Of a DNA stretch of 64,000 nucleotides, positions 26,581 to 38,720 are shown one piece after another. The translations under genes and the position numbers were made by a program. Position 1 is the stretch's first letter. Each line of letters opens with the position of its first letter. The DNA is from Camelus ferus (taxonomy: Eukaryota): contig NC_045696.1 of the NCBI RefSeq assembly GCF_009834535.1, positions 4,528,001 to 4,592,000 of the forward strand, read 5' to 3'. The notes beneath the pieces were generated by a model. That model searched no databases. It was not told where the DNA came from and saw nothing but the letters and a program-made list of their open reading frames with translations.

Positions 26581-27004
26581 ATGCCAAAATGGTGTGGTTA
26601 AGAATCGTACATATGTAGACATAAAGAGAGCATGGGAGGTAGGAGGAAGCTCAGGTGCCCCTGGAGCCCTGGATGTGATGTTTGTTGAGGGCTGTGGTGG
26701 CAAGGATGGTTGTCTGGGTGTTAGGGACATGCAGAGTGCAGCACATGGGCTCCTGATCTGAAGACGTGAGCACTGGGGGGTTACCTGGAAGACTGGGTGA
26801 GCCATCATCATCTTCCACATACTCTGGTATGATTATTTTGGACCTGAGCATGTGCATTGAAAGGGAAAAGGTTTATTTCTTGTTCAGAGTGGCTCTTTGG
26901 CATGAGGCAGTTTGTGAGAGCAAATGCTAAGGATTTCTGGCTGTTATCACACTCTGGTGCTGCTTCTTGCCCCTTGGTTACTTTTCTCTATCTAAAGGAA
27001 ACTT

Positions 27005-27639
27005 CAGATCCAGCAATCTTACTTCTGGGCATATATTCAGAAAAGACAAAAACTCTAATTTGAAAAGATACACACACCCCAGTGCTCACAGCAACACTAT
27101 TTAAAATAGCCAAGACATGGGAGCAGCCTAAGTGTCCATTGACAGATGACTGGACAAAGAAGTTCTGGTATTTATATATGATGGAATATTACTCAGCCAT
27201 ACAAAGAATGAAATGTTGCCATTTGCAGCAACATGGATGGACCTAGAGATTGTCATTCTAAGTGAAGTCAGCCAGAAAGAGAAAGAAAAATACCATATGA
27301 GATCTCTCATATGTGGAATCTAAAAAAAGAAAAAAAGAAGACCCTAATGAACTTATCTACAAAACAGAAAGGACTTGCAGACATAGTAAATAATCTTATG
27401 GTTACTGGGGGAAAGAGGGTGGGAAGGGATAAATTTGGGAGTTTGAGATGTGCAAAATGTTAGCAAAATAGATAAAAGATTTCTTCTGTATAGCACAGGG
27501 AACTATATTCAATATCTTGTAATAACCTTTGATGAAAAAGAATATGAAAACTCATATATGTATGTATATGGATGACTGGGACATTGTGTTGTACACCGAA
27601 ATTGACACATTGTAACTGGCTATACTACAATAAAAAAAA
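27005..27639 (+). mobile_element. L1 3' end (ORF2 C-terminus and 3'UTR), camelid-type
   Basis: Reads DPAILLLGIYSEKTKTLI, then ccatttgcagcaacatggatggacctagag, and a 3'UTR ending caataaaaaaaa. Confidence 0.95.
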
Positions 27640-27722
27640 GTTTGCAAAATGCTCACTTGACATGTTGGCTCTCTAAACGCAGAGCTGCAGATACTAATTT
27701 TGGGGTTCTGACTAATACATAA

Positions 27723-28374
27723 TTTTATGGAACCAAACTTGAGTCTGTTTGCCCATCATACAGTAAAACCAGTCTACTGACACCAGATTGTGGTGAAGGA
27801 AAGTACAGTGTTAATTGCGGTCATCAAGCAGGGAGAACAGGAGGTTCATGCTCAACAGACATGAACTCCCCGATGAAGTTTTCAAGGGAAGTTTTTAAAG
27901 GCAACATGAGGGGTGAGGGTTGTGGTTGCCTGGATGCTCATGGATGCTCTTCTGATTGTTGGTGGTGAGATAACAGGGTGGTGGTTAGGGAATTAACATC
28001 ACCAACCGTCTGGTTTCATCCAGTCTGGGGTCTTTGTGCTTGTGGTCAGCATGCAGTGAAATTCTTCCACCTGTTAGGGGTTTTAGTATCTGCAAGAGAA
28101 CTAAAGCATGTGGCCCGGGATGTTATCTGTAGCCCTTGAGGAGGAAGTAAAGTTTCCTTGACCTTGTTTTATAGATAAAGTATTATTATTATTTTGAATT
28201 GTTTGACTATTTTTCTTTGCTTTTGTATTTTTTTACTTCTCTGATTAAATTTGCTCTTTGGAACTCAGGAAAGGCCTAGGAGGCTAAAGCTTTTCTATAA
28301 ATAAGAGGTGGGTAGGGAGTTGGGGGAGAAGGAGTCTGTCCTAGAAAGGCCTAGCAGAGCCTTGCTTGGTTTCA
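27723..28374 (-). mobile_element. ERV1-class solo LTR
   Basis: ggaaccaaact...gaaggaaagtacagtgttaattgc...caagcagggagaac...gaactccccgatg...tttttaaaggc, ending ggtttca. Flanks ataa/gtaa look like a decayed 4-bp TSD. Confidence 0.8.
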
Positions 28375-28639
28375 GTAATACTCTTAAAAAGCCAGTCTTC
28401 AAATATCACATGGGGGCTCTTTTTCTTCCTCCTTGAGAGTCTGCATGTTACAGCATGAAAGTGATGAAATCAGACCTTCTCCTCTTTGATGTTTACTAGA
28501 AAGGGCTTTTGAAGCCCTCACCAAGGGCACACCGAGCTTCTCAGTTTTATCTGATGACCGGCTGCACCAGGGCTCTTCCCTAGGGGCCCGGTGGCACCAA
28601 GCTGAGTATTTCCTACCCCCTCTCCCCAGTCATGGTATA

Positions 28640-28810
28640 TCCTCTCATTTCAATCCTGCAAGAACCCTGAGTAGATTTGTATTAGTATACCAGTTGCACA
28701 AGTGAGAAAACTGGGGTCCAGGGAAGTTAGAGCTGTGCAGCTAATAACTGATGGGGCCAGGATCCAAACCCAGATCTCTCAGACCCTAAAGCCTGAACTC
28801 CCTACGCATC
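28640..28810 (-). mobile_element. MIR
   Basis: ctcatttcaatcctgcaagaaccctgag...gagaaaactggggtccag...ggatccaaacccagatct. Confidence 0.75.
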
Positions 28811-29734
28811 CACCTACGTTCCTGGCTGAAAACTCTACTCCCATCAGGAGTAGTCTGGACCTCCTGGGCCAAGGAGAGTTTCCAACAAATCCTTTTCTTT
28901 TGGTATGCCTCTGAGCCCCTTTTCAGTGAACCTCCAGAAGTAAAACAACTTACACTCCTCCAAGAGAACTTTCTTCCCCTGAGTATTACTGTGCCATTCC
29001 TCCTGAGTGCAGGCCTGTGGGTGAAGGATTCTACTCAGGAACTTCTGATTGGTCCAGCGACAGGCTTCATCAGAACAGAGGCTGCATTCATCAGTGTCCC
29101 GCAAGGAGATGCACAGTACCATTTAGACTAAAATGGAAAGCAGCTTCAGCTGTCTTCTTTGTCCACAAGTTCAGCCACGTGGGCTGTAATCTGACAGTTT
29201 TAGCAGAGGAGCCAGCAGCCTCTGGCATTGTGGCATGGTGGACGGATGGCTGCCCCTTCTGCAGCACTACTGTTATCTGGCCCCAAATCAGGAGGTGACA
29301 TACATTCACTGATACATTTTTTTCCCCCAAAGACAGACTTGCTGGGTCTTCAGCTAAATGTCATATCTGCTTCTCAGACCCACGTCATCACACTTTCCCT
29401 AGACATGGTGCTCCTGAGTCACTTACATGAGGATATTTGGGGGGAAGGGTTTTATGAGACCTTTTTTTTTAAAGTATTATTTTGATGTCCAGAAAAAAGT
29501 CTTTTTTTTAACTCTCCATTAAAGTTCAAAAAATAATTATTGAGTGATGACTGTAGTCAAGAGACTCTGCTGTGAATATAACAAAGAAGAAAACACCAGG
29601 TGACAAGAAGGGTTAGTCTCAGTGGAGACACAGACACATGTTAGCTAACTCTAGTCAGAGGCAGGGTAGGGTCTATGCTCGGTGATCACAAGAGTCAGCT
29701 TTTTTATCTACCTTTTTCTTTTATTTTCATATTT

Positions 29735-30785
29735 TAAACATCTTCACTGAAGTGTAATTTATGTAGCATATGATTCACTTGTTTTAAGTACAATTCACTG
29801 ATTTTTAGTTAAGTTTACAGAGTTGTACAACTGTTGCCACAATCCAATTTTAGAACCACTCAAAAATATTTCTCCACCACCCAAAAATATCCCTCATGCT
29901 TATTTGCAGTCACTCCTCATCCCCACCTCCAAGCCCCCAGTTTTAGGCAACAACCTCTACTCTCCTTCCTTTATAGACTGGCCTTTTCTCTGTATTTCAC
30001 ATAAATGGAATCTCATAATATGTGGTCTGTTGACTAGTTTCTTCACTTACTGTAATGTTTTTGAGGTCCATCCATGTTGTAGCATTTATCAGTGCTTCAT
30101 TCCTTTTTATTGCCAAATAATATTCTATCATATGGACTAACCACATTTTGTTTATCCATTATCTAGTTGATGGACATTTGGATTGTTTCTGCTTTTGGCT
30201 ATGAATAATGCTGCTATGAAAATTAGTGTACAAGCTTTTGTGTGGAGCTATGTTTTAATTTTTATTGGGTCTATACCTAGGAGTAGAAATGGTCAACTTA
30301 TGTCTAACATTTTAAGAAACCACCAAACTGTTTCCAAAGCAGATGCATCCATTTTACATTCCGACCAGCAGTGTGTGACGATTCCAGTTTCTCCACATCC
30401 TTGTCAACACTATTATTGCTTATCTCCTTTATTACGGCCCTTCTACTGGGTGTGAAGTGGTATCTCAGGGTGGTTTTAATTTGCATTTCCCTAAAGACAT
30501 ACTGTTGAACATCTTTTCATGTGCTTGCTATCTATTTTTAAATATATTTTAGGTGAAATGTTCCTTCAGATCTTTTGCTTATTTTTCTCCTATTCTTTTT
30601 ATTTAAGAAAGCTGTAGAGAAGGTTGAGCAACATGGAAAGCTCCAGGTGTGGGTGATCAGTTTTCCTGTGAAAATTTGCATACAGGTTTTTGTGTGAAGC
30701 TATGTTTTCATTGTTCTTGGGTCTGTACCTAGGAGGAGAAATGCTAGGCCATATGGTAAACTTACGTCTAACATTTTAGGAATTT
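29735..30785 (-). mobile_element. L1MB-type 3' end, plus a second short fragment at 30666-30782
   Basis: Classic antisense L1M 3' end (tttatccattatctagttgatggacatttg...gtgaagtggtatctc). The minus frame reads MQIKTTLRYHFTP. Confidence 0.9.
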
Positions 30786-31454
30786 GGATACCACATGATT
30801 AGGTGGTCAACCAGCAACAGAATGCAATAATAAACAACTAATCAAATATTTATAATGCTTTTCATTAAATATTACTTCAGGTCTGCTATGCAAGACTAAT
30901 TTCTTATGAAGGTGAAATTAATGGGAATCCAGCCCTTGAATATATTTATATATATTGTAGCATTCATACATTTTTGGACTTCACGACTGTCAAAATGAAA
31001 GATAAGGTTTGAATACCTCTCAGACTTGGAAATAAGTGATGTCACTTTTTACCCAAGGTCATCCAAAGCTACTTGTGTAGCAATTCTACATGCAAAATAC
31101 TCAAGCTAGAATGAGACTTTAAATATTATCAGATACCCACTAGGTAAACTTGGAGAAACAAAACTTGAGTTTGTTGGGCAACACATATTTATTGAGCACC
31201 TGCCGGGTGCCAGGCACTGAGGGGAAATGGGGTCACCCACACGGTCCCTGCCCTTGTGGAGTTGACGTTAAAGAGATAAATCAGTAATGGCAGCATTCCA
31301 GAGTTCATTGGTAACAGAGGAGAATGCGCACTGGGAGTGCCTAGTGGGGCACTTAATCTAGCCTGTGGGACCCATCTCAATTGTGGCAAGGCCTCCATGG
31401 CATACTGAAGGATCTGAGAAAAGGTCAGCAGGACTGGTGTGCAGAGGATGGGGA

Positions 31455-31900
31455 TACACCAGGCAGGATCCCAGTGGTAAACGGATGGCACGCTCAGGAA
31501 TGTTTAATAAAGGCGCCATTTATGAAGGTGTGGGCTGGGTGTCAAGAGAGTACAAAGGATGGTACAATGTCCTGAGTCCTGTGATGGCCGACTTGTCACC
31601 ATCCTTAAGCCTGGTAGGGTCAGGGGATGATGGAGTGGTTCCCAGAACTTGGAAGGAGAGGACCGCTTTATAGGAGGAGTGATCTTTGGTTGGCAAATGC
31701 AGCAAGCTAAGGAGGCCCATCAGGAAGTGAGCCATGGGATTAGTGACTGACTCCACTTTCCTTCCCACCTCTGCTCTCCTTTAAGGGTGCCCACTGCCCT
31801 GAGCCCTCGGGAAGCCAGAGGGCATGGGCAGCTCTCTGATATAGTCAATACTGGTCATCCTCCTGGGCCAGAGAGCAGGGTGGAAGGGAATGTAGATGAG
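31455..31900 (-). mobile_element. LTR33-like ERVL LTR
   Basis: caggcaggatcccagtggtaaacggatggcacgctca...tttaataaagg...aaggtgtgggc...ggaagccagagggcatggg. Confidence 0.75.
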
Positions 31901-32007
31901 CATACCGAAGGGATCTTCCCAGAGGAAGAAGAGGGACACAGAGAGGACTGGAGAAGTGGACAGTGGCCAGATTATAATGAGGTGGTTGGTTTAAATCAAG
32001 GATTAAG

Positions 32008-32141
32008 TTTTTTTTTTTTTTTAATTGAAGTACAGTCAGTTACAATGTGTCGATTTCTGGTGTACAACGCAATGTCCCAGTCATGCATATACATACATAT
32101 ATTTGTTTTCATGTTCTTTTTCATTAAAGGTTATTACAAGA
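32008..32141 (-). mobile_element. 5'-truncated young L1 3'UTR
   Basis: Poly-T then aattgaagtacagtcagttacaatgtgtc...; reverse complement of the 3'UTR at ~27510-27639. Confidence 0.9.
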
Positions 32142-33878
32142 GCCATTGGGCAGTTATTAAGGTATTTAAGCAGGGGAGCCATGTGATCATATTATTATAG
32201 GAAGGTAGTGAGGGAGCAGAGTAGAAGATGGATTTGAGAGGTGTGAGAGAGTGGATTCTGGAAGGGGGTCATGACAGCTCATTAAGAGAGATGATGGGAG
32301 CTTGGACGAGGGGCTAGCAATGCAGCTGGGGAAAAGTGAGCCAATCTGAGATGTATTTACAAGAGTCTGGTTTGGGAAGCTGGGTGGACATGCCGTTTAT
32401 TGATGCAGGGAACACTGGATTTAGAGCATGAGCAGAGTCAGTGGATAATCAGTGATGATGGAGAGGACAGGGATCCAGGAGGAACCGGGTATCACGGGAA
32501 AAGTTGGAATGAAGAAGAAGCCTTGCTACCCCGCTGAGCGTCCATCCCCAGGAAGCATCACCCTCTGGAAGAATAATGTCTGTGCTTCTGTTAAAAGGAG
32601 GTTTGCAGACTCTGGGCTCTTCTGATTCTGAACCAAACTCAGCATCAGTAAGGCCATCTCCACACTCAGAACTGCAGGGAACCTGTCTTCCAATCTCCCT
32701 ATGGACATGACTGGAGGACTGCTTTGTACCAAACAGGCCACTGTCTCCATTCTAATCCAAGTGAGGGAAGAACGGATCAGATCCTGGAGCATTTGCAGAC
32801 TAGGTGGTGGTTGTGAGATGATTAAAGTCATTTTCAGTGACTGTTTTCCCCTTTTCTTTATAAAGAAGGAGGGCAGACTGGCTCCTGAGATTGAGGGGGT
32901 CTCAGGCTTGGGGAGGTTAGAGAAGGTGACAGGGCCATTGTGAAGAGCTGGAGAGAGGCATTTCTTGGGAGACATGGAGGGGCCTGGGCAGGTTAGTGAC
33001 CACGTGTTTATTGTGACACAAATCCTCCCACTTGTATTATTTTCTCCAGCTACACTGAAGGGTCCAGATATGGGCATGAAGGTGACTTTTTCCCATTCTC
33101 TGCTTCCTCTCTGCTTCTTCCCTCATAATCTGTCCAAGTCAGAATTTAGCATATGTCTTATTTTCGGCTTTAGTTAGTAACTCTAGTAATTGCTAACTCC
33201 CCAAACAACTCAGTGGTTTAGTGGTCATAGAAACACAAATATGTCACCTTTACAGGTGGTGAACTCTCAGAGAGAGGAGGGAAAGGCTGGAGGCCCGTGA
33301 TGGGTCACTCATGGATGTGGTGATGGTGAAAATACCTTTCAGGTGCTCAGCCCTGTCTCACTAAGGAACCTAAAGTCTCTCTGTCTTTAGCAGATGTTCA
33401 GTCACCTCCACTGCCTGCTGCAGTTGCCCTCCGTTATCTTCTTGGGCTTGGGGTGGCACATGTGGCTCATGTGGTTCACACAGTGGCAGAGAGGTGTTCT
33501 CATCATTGCACTGCCTTCCAAGCAGAAAGAGGCCACAGGAAAGGCAAAGGCATTGTTTGCATTTGTAAAGCAAGAGCTTCTGATCACATGTGTATCTTCC
33601 ATATGGCAGATGTGCTGTGATTGTTCTTTTTTTCTTTTAAACATACGCGTTTTCAGCTGCGCAGCCCTCATCAGAGACTTGGGGGGAAAGAACAGGAAAT
33701 TTAGGAAGGAGTATTTCTTTTCCTCCCAGAAGCCCACTTACCTGACTTACTTTCAATTTAGTACTTCTGAAGAGACGCATAGTGTGTCAGGACTTTAAAA
33801 TATCAACAAAATTGTGCCAAATTGCTGCTCTGAGAAGAGGAATTCTGTGGGCTGGGCCCTGCCTGGCTGATTGGTAGG

Positions 33879-34327
33879 TGTGGTAGGCTGAATAATGCTG
33901 TAACATCCCCAAGATGCCCACGTCCTAACCTCCATAGCTGGTGGATATTTTTTCATATGGCCAAAGAGATTTTTGCATATGTATTAAGGTTATCCTGGAT
34001 TAGCTATTAGGTTTGATGTGATCACAGGGATCCTTCTAAGATCAGAGGGACATCTGGGGATGTGATGATGGAACAGGAGCCTGGAGTGATGTGAGGAGGG
34101 GGTCACAAGCGAAGGAATGCAGGCAGCCTCAAGACGCTGGAAAAGGCAAGGAACCAGCTTCCTCCCAGAGCCTACAGAGGGTGCACAGGTCTCCTGACCC
34201 TTGATGTTAGTCCCATGAAAGGGATCTTGGACTTCCGGTCTCCAGAACTGTAAGAGAATGTATTGGTATTGCGTTAAGCTGCCAGATTTGTGTTAGGCCA
34301 TTACAGTAACAGCAGGAAACTAATATT
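33879..34327 (+). mobile_element. MLT1D-like MaLR LTR
   Basis: tgtggtaggctgaataat...aaggaatgcaggcagcctc...ctggaaaaggcaaggaa...ccagaactgtaagagaat...gcaggaaactaata. Confidence 0.85.
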
Positions 34328-34879
34328 GAAAGATAATTTATTTGGAGGTTTTCTCCCTTGTGTTTCCCTGGTCAGTTACCCTGATGAATTCACGTGATTG
34401 ATTTTCATGTGAGGGGACCGGGGAGGTGATGCCAGAAATAAACTTGAATTGATGTGTTAGCTCCCATCCCAACCTGTTGACAGTGTAGAAGCAAAGTTAG
34501 TGAGGAGGCACCACCAAATTTAAGCCACAGCAGTCTGGTCCTGTCAACCCAGACCACTCCAGAATATAGCAAGTATTCTGGCAGGAGAAACACAGATGTG
34601 GCAAACACAGACTCTGAATTAAGCACAGGAAATTTTCCTTTTGGTCCAGACTTTCTCCTTATATATGTGACTCAGTGTTGTCTTTTGCCTACAACCATAG
34701 TTGGTTGTATCTAAAAATATAAGCATAGGGTAATGATATTTGTGGAAAATACTATCTCATTCTACTCTTGAAAGTAAAATATTTCAGTGGCTTAGGCTAT
34801 GATTTGTAAAATTGGGAAGAATTTCTCTCTCATTTATGCTTAAGTCTTTGATCTAAATTGTTTCAGTTTTAAACCTTTT

Positions 34880-35450
34880 AAAATATTTATTTTCATTTTT
34901 TCAAGTTGAAAGTAAATACTGAATGTAAACTATTTGTGCACAAGCCCAAGACACAAGAAAACACTCGTAGTTCTACGATGTAGAGATAGATACTGTTAAC
35001 ATTTTGGGGTATCTTTTGTCAAATGTTTATAATTAGATGCTGTCTGATTTTTTTTTTTACTGCTTTCTGAACATTTCCTCACATCAATATATATAATCCT
35101 ATAATATAATTTTATAGTGGCAGCATTCTATTTTATTATATGTATCTTCCACAATTTACTTAGCCAGTTCCGCTACTGTTGTGTATTTAGATTGTTCCTG
35201 GAATTTTACTGTTGCCTGTTCATGTGCTTTGCCCATTTCTTTTTTGGTATGTTGTTTGAAAAATACGTTTGGGAGTTTTTTGTTGTTGTTGTATGTTAGG
35301 GTTATTAATTTTTAACAGATGTGTACAATGTTGAAGTTCATTGTTTGCAGTTTAATTTTGTTTATGGTGAACTTCTTTAACATATAAATATTACTAAATT
35401 TTATGTACTCTAAAATATCTGGCTTTTCCTTTTTGGGTGTGTCTGTGGTG
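34880..35450 (-). mobile_element. Old L1ME-type fragments
   Basis: AT-rich antisense L1 remnants (gcctgttcatgtgctttgcccatttc; tttaattttgtttatgg). Confidence 0.5.
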
Positions 35451-36994
35451 ATTTATATTCCCTATTATTTACAGATTGATTTTCTTTAATTCTGATGGCA
35501 TATCAGATCTTAACCAGCTTCTCCTCTTAAATCAAAACAACTTTTTTTCCTCATGGTACCACAGTGGTATTTCTGATCCTTAACCAACCACTTAGTTCAT
35601 TCATTCTATGTTAAGGACAGTGTTTTGTTTTTTGTTTTTTGTTTTTTTAGCCGTAGCATATTTTTGACCCTAAATCTCCTCTGTTGCCTAATATGATTGT
35701 TTGACCATGTGACATCACCTTTTAGCAGCTCCAGGCTGAATTCAAAATATATAAGGATCAATATAATGAGTCTGTGAATGTGCACACACTTACATTGTGA
35801 ATTAAATACCTGTGAAAAGTAATTTGGATCTAATAAAGGGTCTTTTTTTTACCCCCACATAATAGTGAAAGAGAAATCCCCTATTATATGGCTTCTATTT
35901 CCCACATTGAAGTGATGCCCTTACTCTTAATAACACAAACTGATAAATTAGAAAATATCAGATTCTTCCAATTGCAGTAATATTTTGAAGAAAAAGAAAT
36001 GATTTCTTTCTAACAAGGCAGGGGAAAAAAAAAACCCAGGCTGAATAAGCTCTGGGCTTCTGGAATTTCCCATTCAGTTCTTTCTCTGCTTATGTTCCAA
36101 ACAATTGCATAAAAGCAATACTAAACAAATGTTTATAGAGGCTGTGCTCCGAAATACTGATAATGAATTCTACATAACAAGCACAATCTTTCCCCCGGCT
36201 GTTTGAATTTAAAGTATACATTTTGCAGTAATTTTGATGACTTCATTTTGAATTGGTTCTTAACAGACATTTTGGAACTGTCTCATGTCATGAATTTATT
36301 CATAAACCAGCCTGTCAAAAGCCTCAGCTTTCACTGGGGAGAAAGTGTCTCAGATGCAGGGGTGGTTGTTTCACCTATAGCATTCGCCATCTTGAAAGAT
36401 CATTACTCTTTTCTGTTACTATTTGGATACTCTGGCTCACTGCCACTGGGTTTTAGGACCATGTGGAGAGGAAGCCATGACATTGAGTTCTCAGCTATGC
36501 AGCTGGGTAAAGGCTATATTCCTGTTCTAATCATGATGATAACTTGTGCTTGGGAAACTGTGGTGTTTACTGTTATGGTTAATGGTCACTGTCACCCATC
36601 AAAAGGGTGATAAACCAGTAATGGGATCTTGGAACAGGAGAGTAAAGATAAATGCAATGTGTCATTTTTTCACATACCAACAGCCCCTAGTGAGGACTAA
36701 TAGTCCCGAATGTTTATTTCTTCAATAAACAAGCCATTGGGTTGTGAACAAGAGGTCAGCACAGCCAGCAGTGAGGTGTGAGCTCCTCTATCAAAAGACA
36801 TCATTTGGCGTCTGGAGCACATACTAGAAAATCTCACAGAAACATCCTGGTAGTACAGCGCGTGGCTCCTCCCCCTCTGAGGTCTAAGCAGCAAGGAAAA
36901 TACATGGATGCTGGTGTCTTTCCATTTCCAGTTCATGGCCCTTTGATCTTGCCCTTTCATGAAGCAAGGCATTCATTCAGATATGTTCAACAGG

Positions 36995-37140
36995 CACTTC
37001 GCATACTTCATTGTGAACATGCATCACTTGGAGATTTTGTCAAAATGCTGATTCTGGTGTGGGGAGCTGAGATTCTACATCTAACCAGCTTCCAGGTGAC
37101 ACATACTGTTTCTGGTCCTTGGACTGCTCTGAGCACATGC
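36995..37140. mobile_element. MER5A
   Basis: atcacttggagattttgtcaaaatgctgattctgg...ctgagattctacatctaaccagcttccaggtga. Confidence 0.75.
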
Positions 37141-37229
37141 TGATACCAGGTTGCAGGAAGGAGGGAGCAGAGCCCAACAGAAGTGGACTTAGGGCCTCCT
37201 CTAATAATAGGGTATGTGCTTAAGGGGGC

Positions 37230-37790
37230 AGAAGAATGTAATGAATGAACATGTAGGCTCTGGCTGTGAGTCCTGGCTCTGCCGTTGCTAAGTGTTGGGT
37301 AGTAATAACCCACCCCGAAGTTTCTGTAGCCAACAACAACAACAAACATTTGTTTTTTGCTCCCATGGTGTGTCAGGCAGGGTGTCGGCTACAACTCTGC
37401 TCATTTAGGACCACTCTGAAGGCATCCTTATCTGGGTGGGGTATGCCATTTCCCCCAGATCTGTTGGGAACCTGCATTGGCTCCTAAAACTTCTGCTTGC
37501 ATTTGCATACTTCATGTCTGCTCACTTGCCATTGTCCAGAGAAAATCACATGTCTGAGCCTCACGTCTGTAGGCAGGGAAGCCAGCTCCTCCTGCAAGGT
37601 GGCAGACAGGGATGTATCGCTCCCTACAGTTGGGACAGGAACATGGTCTTTCAGAAGCCACTCAGCTGTTACGCACTCGACATTTTCATGGGGTTGCTTT
37701 CAGGGCTGGGTGAACTGAAATGGATAGCATACGGTACCTGGCACATAGGAGAAGCTCAATAAGTGTTTGTAGTCGTAATTGCTATTGTTT
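37230..37790. mobile_element. MIR (+) split by an antisense MLT1-type LTR (~37295-37640)
   Basis: MIR head gagtcctggctctgcc and tail cctggcacataggagaagctcaataagtg flank an MLT1 antisense pattern (acaacaaacattt...ccattgtccagagaaaatcacatg). Confidence 0.6.
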
Positions 37791-38109
37791 TTGTTCTTGT
37801 ACCTCACCTTGATCCTCACTGCCAAGTTGCTGCATCTTCCAGGCTGAGGAAGGTCCCCATTCTTGCCTGCCATGACACATCAAACATGTAGAGGCCGCCT
37901 ATGGACAGAACAGTCAGGCATTTGGTCATTTAGGCGCTTGCCTGCAGTTCTAGGTGGCTGGGTTATCACACAATCAGTTATTTCCCAGTAATTTTAGGCC
38001 ATGGCTTAATCTTCCTGCTTATCACATTTTCTGAGTTTTTGCCTCGAGTTTCAGATCACTTGATTGCTCTGTTCCCTGTATTTTTGTCTTATGACCCACT
38101 GTTTGGCCT

Positions 38110-38720
38110 TTCATTCTATGGGTATTTATTGAGTATCCAGTTATATCAGATGTCACATGAGCAGCAGAGACACATAAAAAGTGTGGTACTGTTGTATGAG
38201 GACTTATGAGTGTCCCTGAGATGTAAGCCTTTGTTCATTACTGTCCAGTTGCCAAGTGGTGGTGGATGATGCTACAAAGTTGGGATCCAGCCTGAATAAA
38301 TGGGAAGCTGGGAAGCTCAGGCATCTCCATTGAGCCCAGGGGCATCATTATAGGTTTGTGAGCAGAGCAGGTAGGTTACCTGGGCTTTGGGGGAAAACTT
38401 GTGGTCGTATGTACATGTATAGGCTGTAGGAGTGTCCAGTTCTTGGGAACTTGGTGCAGGAGAGGTTATAGGGATGGGACATAGAGCAGTGGTGGAGTGA
38501 TTGGGGCTGGGATGTCTGTGGATGTTGGAGGAGAGAGTAACCAGTGGCCTGAGAACTCTGAAGGTGGTCATAATGCCGTAATCAGAAAGAGGAATCATGA
38601 GCAGACAAATGGTTTAAGTGAGGGTGGAAACGATGCACTCGATCTGGTCATGAGTTTGTGTTGCAAAAGGGATAGCGATGTTGGAAGAAGGGTTTCAGGT
38701 AATCTTCAGACCAGTTAACC
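38110..38720 (-). mobile_element. L2 fragments
   Basis: tatttattgagtatcc tail followed by a purine-rich antisense body. Confidence 0.45.

Larger units (their letters stand above)
31180..32430 (-). mobile_element. L2, interrupted by LTR33 and a short L1
   Basis: atttattgagcacctgccgggtgccaggcactg tail; body resumes at ~32142 (agccattg...taagcaggggag). Confidence 0.65.

Noticed and set aside
32526..33077. 183-aa minus-strand ORF
   Set aside because: No recognisable homology, splice context or polyA/TSD marks of a retrocopy.
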